DNA of 63,991 nucleotides, counting the filler, from Octopus bimaculoides (Eukaryota), in NCBI RefSeq assembly GCF_001194135.2. It is 5 parts of 4 records of this genome, joined end to end, with 100 filler letters (N's around TTAATTAATTAA, not from the genome) between each part and the next. Parts side by side here need not be neighbours in the genome. Positions count along the whole stretch, not along the records: positions 1 to 31,655 come from NC_068987.1; 4 more parts are not named here. One strand, written 5' to 3'. Of the stretch, positions 12,121-23,078 are shown piece after piece. The number at the start of each line of letters is the position of its first letter. Within the stretch, counting starts at the first letter, position 1. The notes beneath the pieces were generated by a model. It searched no databases. It saw only the letters and a program-made list of their open reading frames with translations, and was not told the origin of the DNA. The translations under genes were made by a program, and so were the position numbers.

Positions 12121-12852
12121 AACATTGAAGGTAATTTTTCGTGTATGACAAGTAAATTCAAATACTGCTTACAAGAATTTTAAGAAATTTGGAGAATAAC
12201 ACAACAAGAATAAGAATGGAGAAAATCACATTTTTAATTGGTGATTACATCACACATTACTGATGATAATTTCTTTTGCGCCAGTATATTGAGATACAAG
12301 AAAAAGGTATAAAATACCAGTCAAATTAATATATCCAGAAATATATGTGAACACATCAAGGCAATCCAGAATGGGTTAAATTCAAAGTGGACTAAGAAAA
12401 GCCAGTTTAGTATTTAACTTTTGATGACATCAGTAGATAACGAAAGAATAAAAAATAAACATAGGAATTCTATGTCACAACAATTAGAAACATAGAAATT
12501 CTACATCATAACAATTAGTTATCTATCTATTAAATATGCTAAGAATGTTTTCAGAAAAATTATGCACATTAGATTATAGGAGAAATAATTATAATTAATA
12601 GGTTATTTAATATGTAAATATTTAAATGTTTTAAATTTGTGAAAACATTTCAATGTAAAATTAATTTAGAATTATATAGTACATTTCTTCAAGGTAAAGA
12701 TCACGTTTAATATTGTCAGTATGGTATGATGGTGCATAACTAATAATGGACTACTTTAAATCATAATTAATGTTCCTGTCTTTTGAAGCCCAAATACATT
12801 TACCAAAATTCGTAGAATAACATTTTCTTCTATACTTAATTTTTTAAAAATT

Positions 12853-13000
12853 TTACTTGTTTCAGTCATTTGACTGCAGCCATGCTGGAGCACCGCCTTT
12901 AGTTGAGCAAATCGACCCCAGGACTTATTCTTTGTAAGCCTAGTACTTATTCTATCGGTGATTTTTGCCGAACCACTAAGTTATGAGGACATAAACACCA
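12853..13000 (-). mobile_element. SINE family A, 3' half
   Basis: Reverse complement of 5845-5990. Confidence 0.85.
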
Positions 13001-14307
13001 CCACCACCAAAATAAAATAAAAATTTATTAAAAAAAAAAGGTTTTGAATCTCTTCCCCTATAAATCCTAAAATTTCCGTGCTTTTTCAAAAGTTTTTAAA
13101 ATCAGAGTTTTGAAGTACAGACACTAATTTTCAGACAAGGTGTGTGATTTAAGGGAAATTTAGCTGGTGCTTTTAACACATCCCACGACCACCTGGCACC
13201 TTCCTCGTATCTTTGTCACTCTGACATGTACTGACGTTCTTCAATATTTTTCTCCCTGTAATTCTTTCTCTTGGAATAATGAGTCTCAAAGCTGATAAAG
13301 CTATAAATAAAAGTATATAGATAGTTGGTTAAAAAATCTCTTTAGATAGAAAGAGACAAAGACCGTTTGTGAGGCTTGAACCCACACCTCCTTTAAGCAT
13401 GATAATTCTTTGAATATCTCTATCCATTTTAAAAACTTAATCTTACCAACAAGAATTTAGAAGCTTTGAGAACGTGAAATAATTCTTACAGGCAAGTCAT
13501 CCTACTTTTTCTATTTAAAGTGCTTTTTAACCCAATATTTACAAGCTATGTATTTATAGTTTTATTTGCTTTGAGATTCATTGTTACAAAAAAGCTGTAT
13601 GTGTGTGTGTACATACGTATGTCTGTTCCTGAATTAAGCACAGGTGTATGAATAATGAACATCCAAGATGTTCATTATTACAACTATTAAAAAAACTTCA
13701 CAGACAAATCAAACAAAACTGTTACAAAGTTCCGATTGTTCAGGGTTAACATACAGATATGTACAGAGCCCTGGCTGTAGGCCAACTGATTTAATTCCCT
13801 TTAATTGGGCTGCAATTTTATCAAAACTTAAACTTAAAATTGGATCCATGCTTCAGGGTAAATAATGAAAAAGAAAGAAAAATCCTCTAATTTCGTATTT
13901 AAATCTTATGTAAACAAACATTTGTAGGTTTGTTTCTCTATGGTTTTAGAAGTAGGAATTTTAGTGGTGTAATTGCTTATACAGAATACCAAGTTCTTGT
14001 TGAATCGTTGTTTTGGTTGACAGAGTTTGATACTAATTTGGAAGAATAAAGATTTTGCTGATATTTAACAATGTTGCCAATATTCTGTGAAGAAAAACCC
14101 TGCATGAAATATTGTGAGTCATTTTTCCCTCATCTCATTTAATGAAGGTTAAACTTGCTTTGTTAGGGGAATTTAACAATTTTTAATTTAATAGATTTAA
14201 AACCTTTGTCACAACGGCGGCTTGGTTGGTGCAATAGTAAATGAAGATATATTTCATTGGCTGTGTGAACAGTAACTGAATTTTTGGAAAGCTATTTATG
14301 TGACAGC

Positions 14308-14665
14308 TTGTTGTTGGCACTCCGTCGCTTACGACGTCGAGGGTTCCAGTTGATCCGATCAACAGAACAGCCTGCTCGTGAAATTAACGTGCAAGTGGCT
14401 GAGCACTCCACAGACACGTGTACCCTTAACGTAGTTCTCGGGGATATTCAGTGCGACAAGACTGACCCTTTGAATTACAGGTACAGCAGAAACAGGAAGT
14501 AAGAGTGAGAGAGTACAGCAGGGTTCGCCACCATCTCCTGCCGGAGCCTCGTGGAACTTTTAGGTGTTTTCGCTCAATAAATACTCACAACGCCGGGTCT
14601 GGACAACCGCGATCCTATGACCGCGAGTCTGCTGCCCTAACCACTGGGCCATTGCGCCTCCACTG
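14308..14665 (-). mobile_element. Young tRNA-derived SINE (family D) with 9-bp TSD
   Basis: TGTGACAGC at 14299-14307 and 14666-14674. Reverse complement of 20389-20762; CpGs retained. Confidence 0.92.
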
Positions 14666-15638
14666 TGTGACAGCATGCAGTTAGCTTAAAATTATATGAA
14701 GTCAACTGTGCAAATATCTGCAGTGATAGAAGTCCTGTCTTGAATATCACCAAATGTTGAGAAAATGAACATCAGCTGTCCAATTTTGTGGTCTTATGGG
14801 CCTTATCTTGAGTTGAGGGTCATCAAAGCCGTGATGGTAGCTTGTTGCTTGACCTGAGCTGGTAAATGAGGATATATTTTCATTGGCTGCGTGAATAATA
14901 ACTAAAGCACACTCATGAACATTTAATTGAAATATTTTTTGATGGACATAAAGATATTTGGTGTTGGCTATTTACAATGAACAACAAAGATATTTAGTGT
15001 TGGCTATTTATAATGAACAACAATTACTGACTGGGAGAGAAAGACAGACTGGACTGGAATTATCGAAAGCTCTCTGTGTGACAACATGCGGTCACCACCA
15101 AAAAGAGAAACGATGTAAATACTACAGACCATTAAATACGTAGAAAAGGAGTGTTATATTAAAAGATTTCCACTTCTTTTATAGATTCTTTATTAAAAAT
15201 TGATGATGTAATGATCGATAAATTAGTTACACAATCGAACAATGCCCGGTGGTACTGTACACACAAGATGGTTGGAAGCACTCGTAGTCGGACGCCAGTA
15301 GCTAGATGGCGGTCAGCGTTGGAATAGGCAGTGGGATTATCATGATGTGTTGCATAAATAATCTCAAGACAATTAAAACAAAGAATGTAATGTCTACTAC
15401 AATAATACCTGGCAGCAAACCACTGGGTAGGTGACCAACGATAGGCATGAATACTCCACTGGTTTCCCCTCTGATTTTGTCTGGTAACAGGTATTAATCG
15501 TGTGTGTCTGGTACTACGCCATCATGTGGACAATTTTTTCCTGAAATTGCATTTCTAAAATCAGGGTGCGTATTCTACGATGCAGCATCTACCATGCCAC
15601 AAAGAACGGTTATCTGCTTCTAGAGGGAATATCCAGCA

Positions 15639-16074
15639 GGTAATCTTCCAGTTTAGGGAGGTAAAAAAAAGTAAATAAAAATACAAGGGAAATAACCTAA
15701 CGTCTTACTAGTATTATCCGTACTACTCTGAAATTTGATTTTTTTTTTTTTAGCTGTTTATAAATAAATTGATTGAAGTTAATTGTTTATATATAAATCA
15801 CACACGTGGTTGAATATCATAGTACCGGCTGCACAACAACTTATGGTAATCTTCCAGTATAGGGAAATAACGGTCAAACTAAAGCGTTTGACCCGAGCTT
15901 AAAAAAAATTTAGTGTAATAGGTGTAAAACAACTTGCTGTGAACGAATATGAAGAAAAAAATGCGCGCTCGCGAACGGGTGGGGAGAGTACGGATAATAC
16001 TAGTAAGACGTTAAGTCATTTCCCTTGTATTTTTATTTACTTTTTTTTTTACCTCCCTAAACTGGAAGATTACC
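15639..16074. mobile_element. Merlin-like MITE
   Basis: About 85-90 bp TIRs starting GGTAATCTTCCAGTTTAGGGAGG (fits the Merlin GGNRM terminus). Perfect 9-bp TSD TATCCAGCA at 15630-15638 and 16075-16083. Confidence 0.85.
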
Positions 16075-16083
16075 TATCCAGCA

Positions 16084-16558
16084 ATCACCCGCTATCGCGA
16101 TTTGCTAGCATATTGCCCACGTGATTAACAAAATCTGACGAATCACGATTTCGCGTGGAATAGGTTCTCGCAACGACTTCATTTTTTTGGCGCGCTTCTT
16201 TCTGAGCCTAATCATCAGTATAAATTCAGCACACCTTGACTACTTGACAGAAAACATTAGGATGCAGCAGAAAGAGCATGGAGAGACTGCAGAGGTGAGG
16301 CGGTGAGCAGACACGGACAGTTGCTGACAAAGCCAACCCTAGGGTTGCTGGCGTCCCGTGCAAGTTGAGCTTCGGCGTGTACAAGGCGGCAGCTGTGGAA
16401 ATTTCCTCGTCTTTGCCGTGTCCTCTTTGGCGCCTCCTATCACATGGTGCGTTAGGCAACTGCCCGAGTTACCAGTACCTTGAGCTAGCCCTGATAGCTG
16501 ACCCGAGCTGACAACAACCACAATAAATAATCAGCGACGGCAGCATAATGACCAGCAG
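16084..16558 (+). promoter_or_regulatory. Putative CpG-rich promoter and non-coding first exon
   Basis: E2F-like TTTTGGCGCG at 16185-16194, TATAAAT at 16219-16225, a GC-rich unique segment, and a donor-like CAG|GTAACT at 16558/16559. Confidence 0.4.
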
Positions 16559-16843
16559 GTAACTTTTTGACTTCTATTACAATTACACCAAGAATGATAA
16601 CATTCAAACTCTCTCGACATTTTGTCGTTCATATTAATGACAGTAATCGTTTCTTCTTTTTTTGTGTGTGTACGAAAAGAATAAAACTTTGTTTATCAAA
16701 AATTGCAACCTTCTCCAGTGTTCTTTTTCATACAGCTGGTGACCCCGTACATGTTTAAATGTACTTGTAAAGCTGTAAGTCATGACAAGTTTATAATAAA
16801 CTTTACATAAAATAATAAATTAAAAATGAAAATATAAAAACTA

Positions 16844-17085
16844 CTGGGTTGGTGCATAATTATTGCGGCTTTTTTTCAACAAATTTTATTGAACAAAAAT
16901 AATAACAACATGTAACAAAAACATCTTTAAATGATTATTCCGGAGCATATTCACCACCTACTTCAATTACTGCTTCCCATTTGCTTGGCAGACGGCCAGA
17001 CTGTCATTTAAAAATGTTTTTGTTAATTATTATTATTATTATTTTTGTTGAATAAAATTTGTTGAAAGAAAAAGCCGCAATAATT
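16844..17085 (-). mobile_element. mariner-derived MITE (internal deletion derivative)
   Basis: TA then CTGGGTTGGTGCATAATTATTGCGG TIR, with an inverted copy at the right end (truncated). Internal minus frame GRLPSKWEAVIEVGGEYAPE* matches a mariner transposase C-terminus. Confidence 0.85.
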
Positions 17086-17517
17086 GGTAGCCTTTTTAAT
17101 GACCTGTTGCAGGAATATTTGGCAGAATCGCTAGACCATTTTGTTGCGTCAATTCTTGAGTTAGGGGAACCTCTTATCGATGGTTGCAGGTGTAATTCAA
17201 GTCTGTGAGGTTCCCAACTTTTCCTGATACGTTTGCTGCGTATATCCAACAATGAACATCATCTGTTTGTGCATCATTGAAGGTATGTCACGATACGAGT
17301 CCGCGTTTCTTCGAACGGTTGTTTCTTTAATAAAACATAAGCGTTTGCACCATTTTCTCCTATCTCAAGTTTTCAGATATTGTTCACACGAACAAACAGA
17401 AAGAATCCTGGCCTATTACGAATTCAAAATAACTATTTAATAATAATATTACGAATCAGAATTCTATCGATTTTTATAAAAGCTTGTATTTAAAAATCTC
17501 GATTAATCAAATACAAA

Positions 17518-18384
17518 ATGCGGTACGACGTTAGAGAATCTCATTACCTCGAATGTTCAAGAAAAGAAAGCAATCTCCATTTTTATTCGTATAACAACGA
17601 AAGTCAAGCAAACGAAGAATGCTCTACGAATATTTCAGATGGTTTTTATATTACTGATATTGATTATTTTCAAAATAGCGGAGAAAATTATTTCACTTTT
17701 AACGAAAGTGAATCCGTGACAGAATTTGAAAATCTTTCTCTAATAGCTGGATACGGAGCAGAATTTTATTCTCCGTGTGTTCCAAATGATGTTTATTGGA
17801 CACATGGTTACTGTCATCCGTCATGGTATCGAGGAGTTTTTACTTCTCATGTCAACTCTTACAATCAAAAACATATAAGTTTATTCAGAACAATAGGCAA
17901 TGCCTGTGTCCAAGAAAATTACAAATGTAACGAATGTGGCTGTCCTTTAATTCATTGGCCGGGGTACATGTACGGAAACTCGGACGACTGGGTCCAACAA
18001 GCGAACCATTCTCACAGTTCTTGCTATCGGGAATATCCACCAACAGGGCCTCAGATGACCGTAGAAAAAATAAATGACAGCTTGAGTAATACTTCTAATG
18101 GTCGCCAATCTGTGTACCCTAACGAAGAAAATTTTATCTGGTATCAAGTCCCAAGACCGTGTCCCAACAATTACTACACTAATCAAGAATATGATTATTA
18201 CAACTGTGACTATAATAATTCTTTATTTCACGACGATGAGTTTGAAGATTTTGTCACCTGGTTCAAAGATGCAAACTCAACACAAGACCACAAGCAATTT
18301 CACGTTTGGGTTTGCAATACTCCCACCCAGTGGGAAAATCAAGAATACGAAGAATTCCAGGTCCTTATGGAAGAATCTGGCTGA
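17518..18384 (+). CDS. Intronless orphan protein, 288 aa, acidic and Tyr/Trp/Cys/Asn-rich
   Basis: 867-nt uninterrupted, non-repetitive ORF in AT-rich DNA. CAAAATG start context, candidate acceptor ttttcag| at 17376 and AATAAA at 18611-18616. No recognisable domain. Confidence 0.7.
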   Translation: MRYDVRESHYLECSRKESNLHFYSYNNESQANEECSTNISDGFYITDIDYFQNSGENYFTFNESESVTEFENLSLIAGYGAEFYSPCVPNDVYWTHGYCHPSWYRGVFTSHVNSYNQKHISLFRTIGNACVQENYKCNECGCPLIHWPGYMYGNSDDWVQQANHSHSSCYREYPPTGPQMTVEKINDSLSNTSNGRQSVYPNEENFIWYQVPRPCPNNYYTNQEYDYYNCDYNNSLFHDDEFEDFVTWFKDANSTQDHKQFHVWVCNTPTQWENQEYEEFQVLMEESG

Positions 18385-18762
18385 AATTCAGTCTGTTATA
18401 GCTCATACAAAAGAAAACATTGACATTTAAAAACAATATACTTACATATTTCTATGATTGTTTACGTCCGAACGGACGAGAAAACGTTTATACACCATCA
18501 ACGATTGCTATGTTAATATTATATTCTGATAAATTATATTTTACCAAATTTTATAAAATATAACAATATTTTGTAATTTGCAGTGCTTTGTGATAGCACA
18601 TTTTATTATTAATAAAACAGAAACGAAAATGGTAGAGATGTTGAATATGTCGGTTAGTATGTAGTATGTCGGTTAGGTTTCTTCTAATAGCAAGTTCAAA
18701 CTTCATTGTACTTCACCTTTTATACTTCCAAGCTTGAATTCTAGAATTTGACTGGAGTATAT

Positions 18763-19470
18763 TTAACCCTTATATCACCTTATTTCTGTTAAAATACACT
18801 GCATTTACATTATTTACATTTGACAGATATTTGTCTTCATCTTGTTTTTTGTTAACACAACGTGTCGGCTGATATACCCTCCAGCCTTCATCATGTGTCT
18901 GGGGAAATTTCAAACCTGGGTTCTCATTCCTAAGGTATTTTTTATCGATGTTGTTATTCAGGTCACTGCCTGGAATCGAACTAGGAATCTTGGGGTTAGT
19001 AGTCCACGCTCTTAACCACTACGCCATATGCACGGGCATATGGCGTAGTGATTAAGAGTTCGATTCCAGGCAGTGACCTGAAAAATAATAATAATAATAA
19101 CAACAACATCGAAAAATACCTTAGGAATGAGAACTCCGATTCGAAATTTCCCCAAGACACCTGCTGAAGGCTGGAGAGTATATCAGCCGAAACATTGTGT
19201 TAACAGCAAACAAGATGAGGACAAATATCCGTCAAATATAAATAATGTACCTAATTCCTCATCTCTTAAATATAATACTGTATTACACTGCATTTCTTTA
19301 TATAAATTTTGAAATTAATGAAGAATTTATCCAAATAATTTTGTCATTAAGCTGGTATTTGGAACATAAATTAACAAGGAATTTTAATGAAGGTTTTAAT
19401 TTAATTTAAAAGAGGAAGTTTTTTTTTATCATAGAATTAGGGGTCAGTCCTAGTGGTGTCAAAAGGTTAC
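18763..19470 (+). mobile_element. piggyBac-like MITE interrupted by a palindromic retroelement
   Basis: TTAA-CCCT left end and AAAAGG-TTAC right end. The body resumes after 19284 and matches 858-1040 and 2404-2588. Confidence 0.7.
18807..19283. mobile_element. Head-to-head palindromic tRNA-headed element carrying Penelope-type hammerhead motifs
   Basis: Arms 18807-19031 and 19036-19248 are inverted copies. A box TGGCGTAGTGG and B box GTTCGATTCC. 12-bp TSD TACACTGCATTT at 18795-18806 and 19284-19295. HHR-like cores at about 19156-19201 (+) and 18854-18899 (-). Confidence 0.85.
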
Positions 19471-19999
19471 ACCGTACCCCAACAAATTTATGGCCTTGTG
19501 TTAAATTTAGAGTTCATATATTATTAATGGAATGAGATGAAGGCAATCAAGTTGATTAAAAATGGTAGTGAGTTAATGTTGATCAAATTAATTGCCTTCC
19601 AAAATTTAGCTGTAACCATCATCGTTTTGGTTGCTTTTGCTTTTTTATAAGTATAAAGGAGGTACTGAGGTCTCCTGAAAATCAACTACATGTCTCCCTT
19701 CAAATTTGTGGATCTGTGCCAGGAACATCTTAGACCTTATGATCTGAAATAGAAACTTTTCATGCTTTGATTTTTGCATATGTGCTAAATAGCTGGGTTG
19801 TGTGTGTGTGTGTGTGAAGAAATTTCAGTATGGTTATATCTTTCCATATGTAACCATCCTGGTTTTTTAAAGAATTAGAAATTTTTTTCAAAATTGTACT
19901 TAAAAAAAAAAGCATTTTAGTCATGGTACCAAACCTAATCCTGGACCCTATTCTGAACTCTAATACTAAATCTTGAAAAATAATATTTATCATTATATC

Positions 20000-20198
20000 G
20001 ATTTCAAATTTTGGCACAAGGCCAGCGATTTTTGGGGAGGAGGTAATTTGCTTACATCGAACCAGTACTCAACTGGTACTTATTTTATTGACCCCAAAAA
20101 GATGAGGGCAAAGTGGACCTTGGTGGAATTTGAAGACGGACAAAATACCACTAAGCATTTCACCCAGCATGCTAATCATTCGGCCAGGTTACCACCTT
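20000..20198 (-). mobile_element. tRNA-derived SINE (family C)
   Basis: Homology to the other family C copies. Confidence 0.8.
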
Positions 20199-20388
20199 AA
20201 TAGTTATCATTATATTGCCTTGAATTTTATTGAAAAGCTATGCACAAAACAACTGAACAAAACTGTAAAATATTTTGCTTCGTATCAGGAAATTCAGGAT
20301 TTACTGTGTCAGAGTAAGAAATCATTTGTATTAATGAAGTGAAAGAATATCACACATTCTCATTTTCTGTACTTTTATAATCCTTTCT

Positions 20389-20762
20389 GTGGAGGCGCAA
20401 TGGCCCAGTGGTTAGGGCAGCGGACTCGCGGTCATAAGATCACGGTTTTGATTCCCAGACCAGGCGTTGTGAGTGTTTATTGAGCGAAAACACCTAAAGC
20501 TCCACGAGGCTTCAGCAGGGGATGGTGGCGAACTCTGCTGTACTCTTTCACCACAACTTTCTCTCACTCTTACTTCCTGTTTCTGTTGTGCCTGTAATTG
20601 AAAGGGTTAGCCTTGTCACGCTGAATATCCCCAAGAACTACGTTAAGGGTACACATGTCTGTGGAGTGCTCAGCCACTTGCACGTTAATTTCATGAGCAG
20701 GCTGTTCCATTGATCGGATCAACTGGACCCTTGTCGTCGTAAGCGACGGAGTGCCAACAACA
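20389..20762 (+). mobile_element. Young tRNA-derived SINE (family D) with 12-bp TSD
   Basis: Head gtggaggcgcaatggcccagtggttagggc. TSD ATAATCCTTTCT at 20377-20388 and 20763-20774, which is the tail end of a family C SINE. Confidence 0.92.
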
Positions 20763-20981
20763 ATAATCCTTTCTAATTAAAAGCACAAGGCTTGAAATTT
20801 GGTGGGAGGGAGCTAGTCGATTACATTGACTACAGTGTTTCACAGGTACTTAATTCATCGAGCCTGAAAGGATGAAAGGCAAAGTTGACCTTGGTGAAAT
20901 TTGGACTCAGAACATAGTGACGGGCAAAATACTGCCAAGCATTTCATCCAACATGCTAATGATTCTGTCAGCTCACCACCT
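20763..20981 (-). mobile_element. tRNA-derived SINE (family C), target of the family D insertion
   Basis: Homology to the other family C copies. Confidence 0.85.
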
Positions 20982-22617
20982 TTTTCTATATTTCCATAAT
21001 AAAGGTTGTGACATCGTTCTAAAGTAACAGAAAAAAAACAAAAGAAAAAAAGATTCTCTGTCTCCTAGCTGTAACTCACTTCATTTACCTTTTTAATGCT
21101 CTTAAGAATGGCATTAGCATTATATATAGTCATTTTCCTTCCAGAACATTATATTATGGGGCTGAATCAAATTAAAATCAGTATTTCAGACTGTTAGGTT
21201 AGAAGGAGTCTCTTTGTTTAAGAATAAAGCACAGAAGATGGACTGAATTTTTGCCATTCTAGTCTTAGGATTCCACTGATTTGTGAAATAAAACTTCTAT
21301 TACACACACATCACCATCATCATCATCTTTTAATGTCTGTCTTTCAAGCTGGCATGGATTGGATAGTTTGACAAGTAAACAATAAAAAGAAATAAATTAC
21401 TGTAAAAATATTTTTCTAAGCTTAATATCTTCTTACCTAGAATTTTATTTTTACTCTCTCTTTTTACTCTTTTACTTGTTTCAGTCATATATATATATGA
21501 TGACACCCTGGCCATTTCTAGAGAAGCAAATGGACACACTCATGAAAAAAAGGCAGCCAATTCACTCTGTAAAATGATTAGTGCAAGGAATGGCATCTGC
21601 CTGTAGAGAGAGACTAGGCTAAGCAGATATTTGTAGAAGAAAGTACTTGTCCAAGGTGTCATACAGTGGCTCTGAACTTAAAACCATGTAGTTGGGAAGT
21701 AAACATCTTAACCATACAAACTTGTCTGTGCCTCACCACATAGCCATGTCTGTGCCTATCAAATATTAAATTCCTCTCTAGAAACATGTTTTTAATAGAT
21801 AATAATTTAGAGACTAGAAATGAAAACAAATTTAAACATTTTTCTTACAGTGAAGCAATTTGGAAATTGACAACTTAAAAGTATGTAGTTAAGAACATCT
21901 ATAAAGTTAACTTTTGTTGATGGTTGTAGCATTACTTCTTATCATATATATTATTTTTTTACACTGTCCTGAGATAACATACTCAACTCTTCTTGTGTCA
22001 GGCTAGACAGGATATAGATGTTACTATATCTATACCCCAATAGGTGGTTGTGGTGAAGGATAAAGACTGTGGGTTGTGCAACTTGATACAAAGCTGTTCT
22101 TGAAGATCAGGCACTAAAAAGTTTTCTCAAATTCTACACTAACAACATCATGTTTAGATTTACCATCCCTAAAAAGGTCCATAATGACAGTAGCAAAACA
22201 CCACTATAACATCTGGTAGTTATATTTCCTTAACTTTCATCAGGTGAAGGTTACAATGTTATTATCATAAGATAGACTGCAACTACTAGCAGGCAATAAT
22301 GGTTCTTTATCTCGTCCTGCTTTAGTACTTTTTTTTTTCTGTAATGGAATCTTTGTAGATAGTCAAGACTGTATAGTGCTGGCTTGAATGTTTAATAACC
22401 TTTAATTTCATCACTCATGGTTTTGGGTTAGAATCATATTGAAGCTAGATTTGCCTTTTATCATTCTAGACAATGTAAAATATATACCTGTAATATTCTG
22501 AGGTTAATATAGTTGATTATTTTTCTACTCTTCAACCACTGTTTTTCTATGCAAAATTTTCTTGACTATATTTCTAATGAAATATACTGCAAAGATAAAA
22601 AGTGGTCTTTTATCTTT

Positions 22618-22996
22618 TACTGTGGTCATGCTGGAGCACCACCTTGAAGAACTTTTAGTTGAATGAATCAATCCCAGTACTTAATATTTTTTTTGATAAG
22701 CTTGGTACTTTTTCTATCAGTCTCTTTTTATCGAACAGCTAAGTTATGGGGATGGGAACATACTGACACCAGTTGTCAAGTGGTGGTGGGGGACAAATAC
22801 AGACACAAAGACACACACACACATATATTTAACAGACTTCGTTCAGTTTCTGTCTACCAAATCCACTCACAAGGCTTGAGTTGGCCCAAGGCTATAATAG
22901 AAGACATCTGCCTAATGTGCCATTCAGTGAAACTGAACCGAGAACCATATAGTTGGGAAGCAAGCTCCTTATTACACAGCCATGCTTGCACCTATG
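22618..22996 (-). mobile_element. SINE family A, near full length and degenerate
   Basis: Tail catgctggagcacc through head ...ttacacagccatgcttgcacc. Confidence 0.82.
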
Positions 22997-23078
22997 ATCT
23001 AATAAAATATAATGTTTTGTTATTAATTTGATGTTTGGGAAATAACTTAGCAATGTTTAGAAGCTTTTAATTTGAACA

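Noticed and set aside
14951-15022. 36-bp direct repeats of CRISPR-like length
   Set aside because: Two adjacent copies with no spacer, no cas genes and a eukaryotic context.
15407-15416. TACCTGGCAG resembling the U1 snRNA 5' end
   Set aside because: Only about 10 nt match; no U1 stem-loops or Sm site follow.
16135-16165. CTGACGA...CACG/CGTG-GAAT hammerhead-like motif
   Set aside because: GAAA is replaced by GAAT and there is no stem I/III or NUH site.
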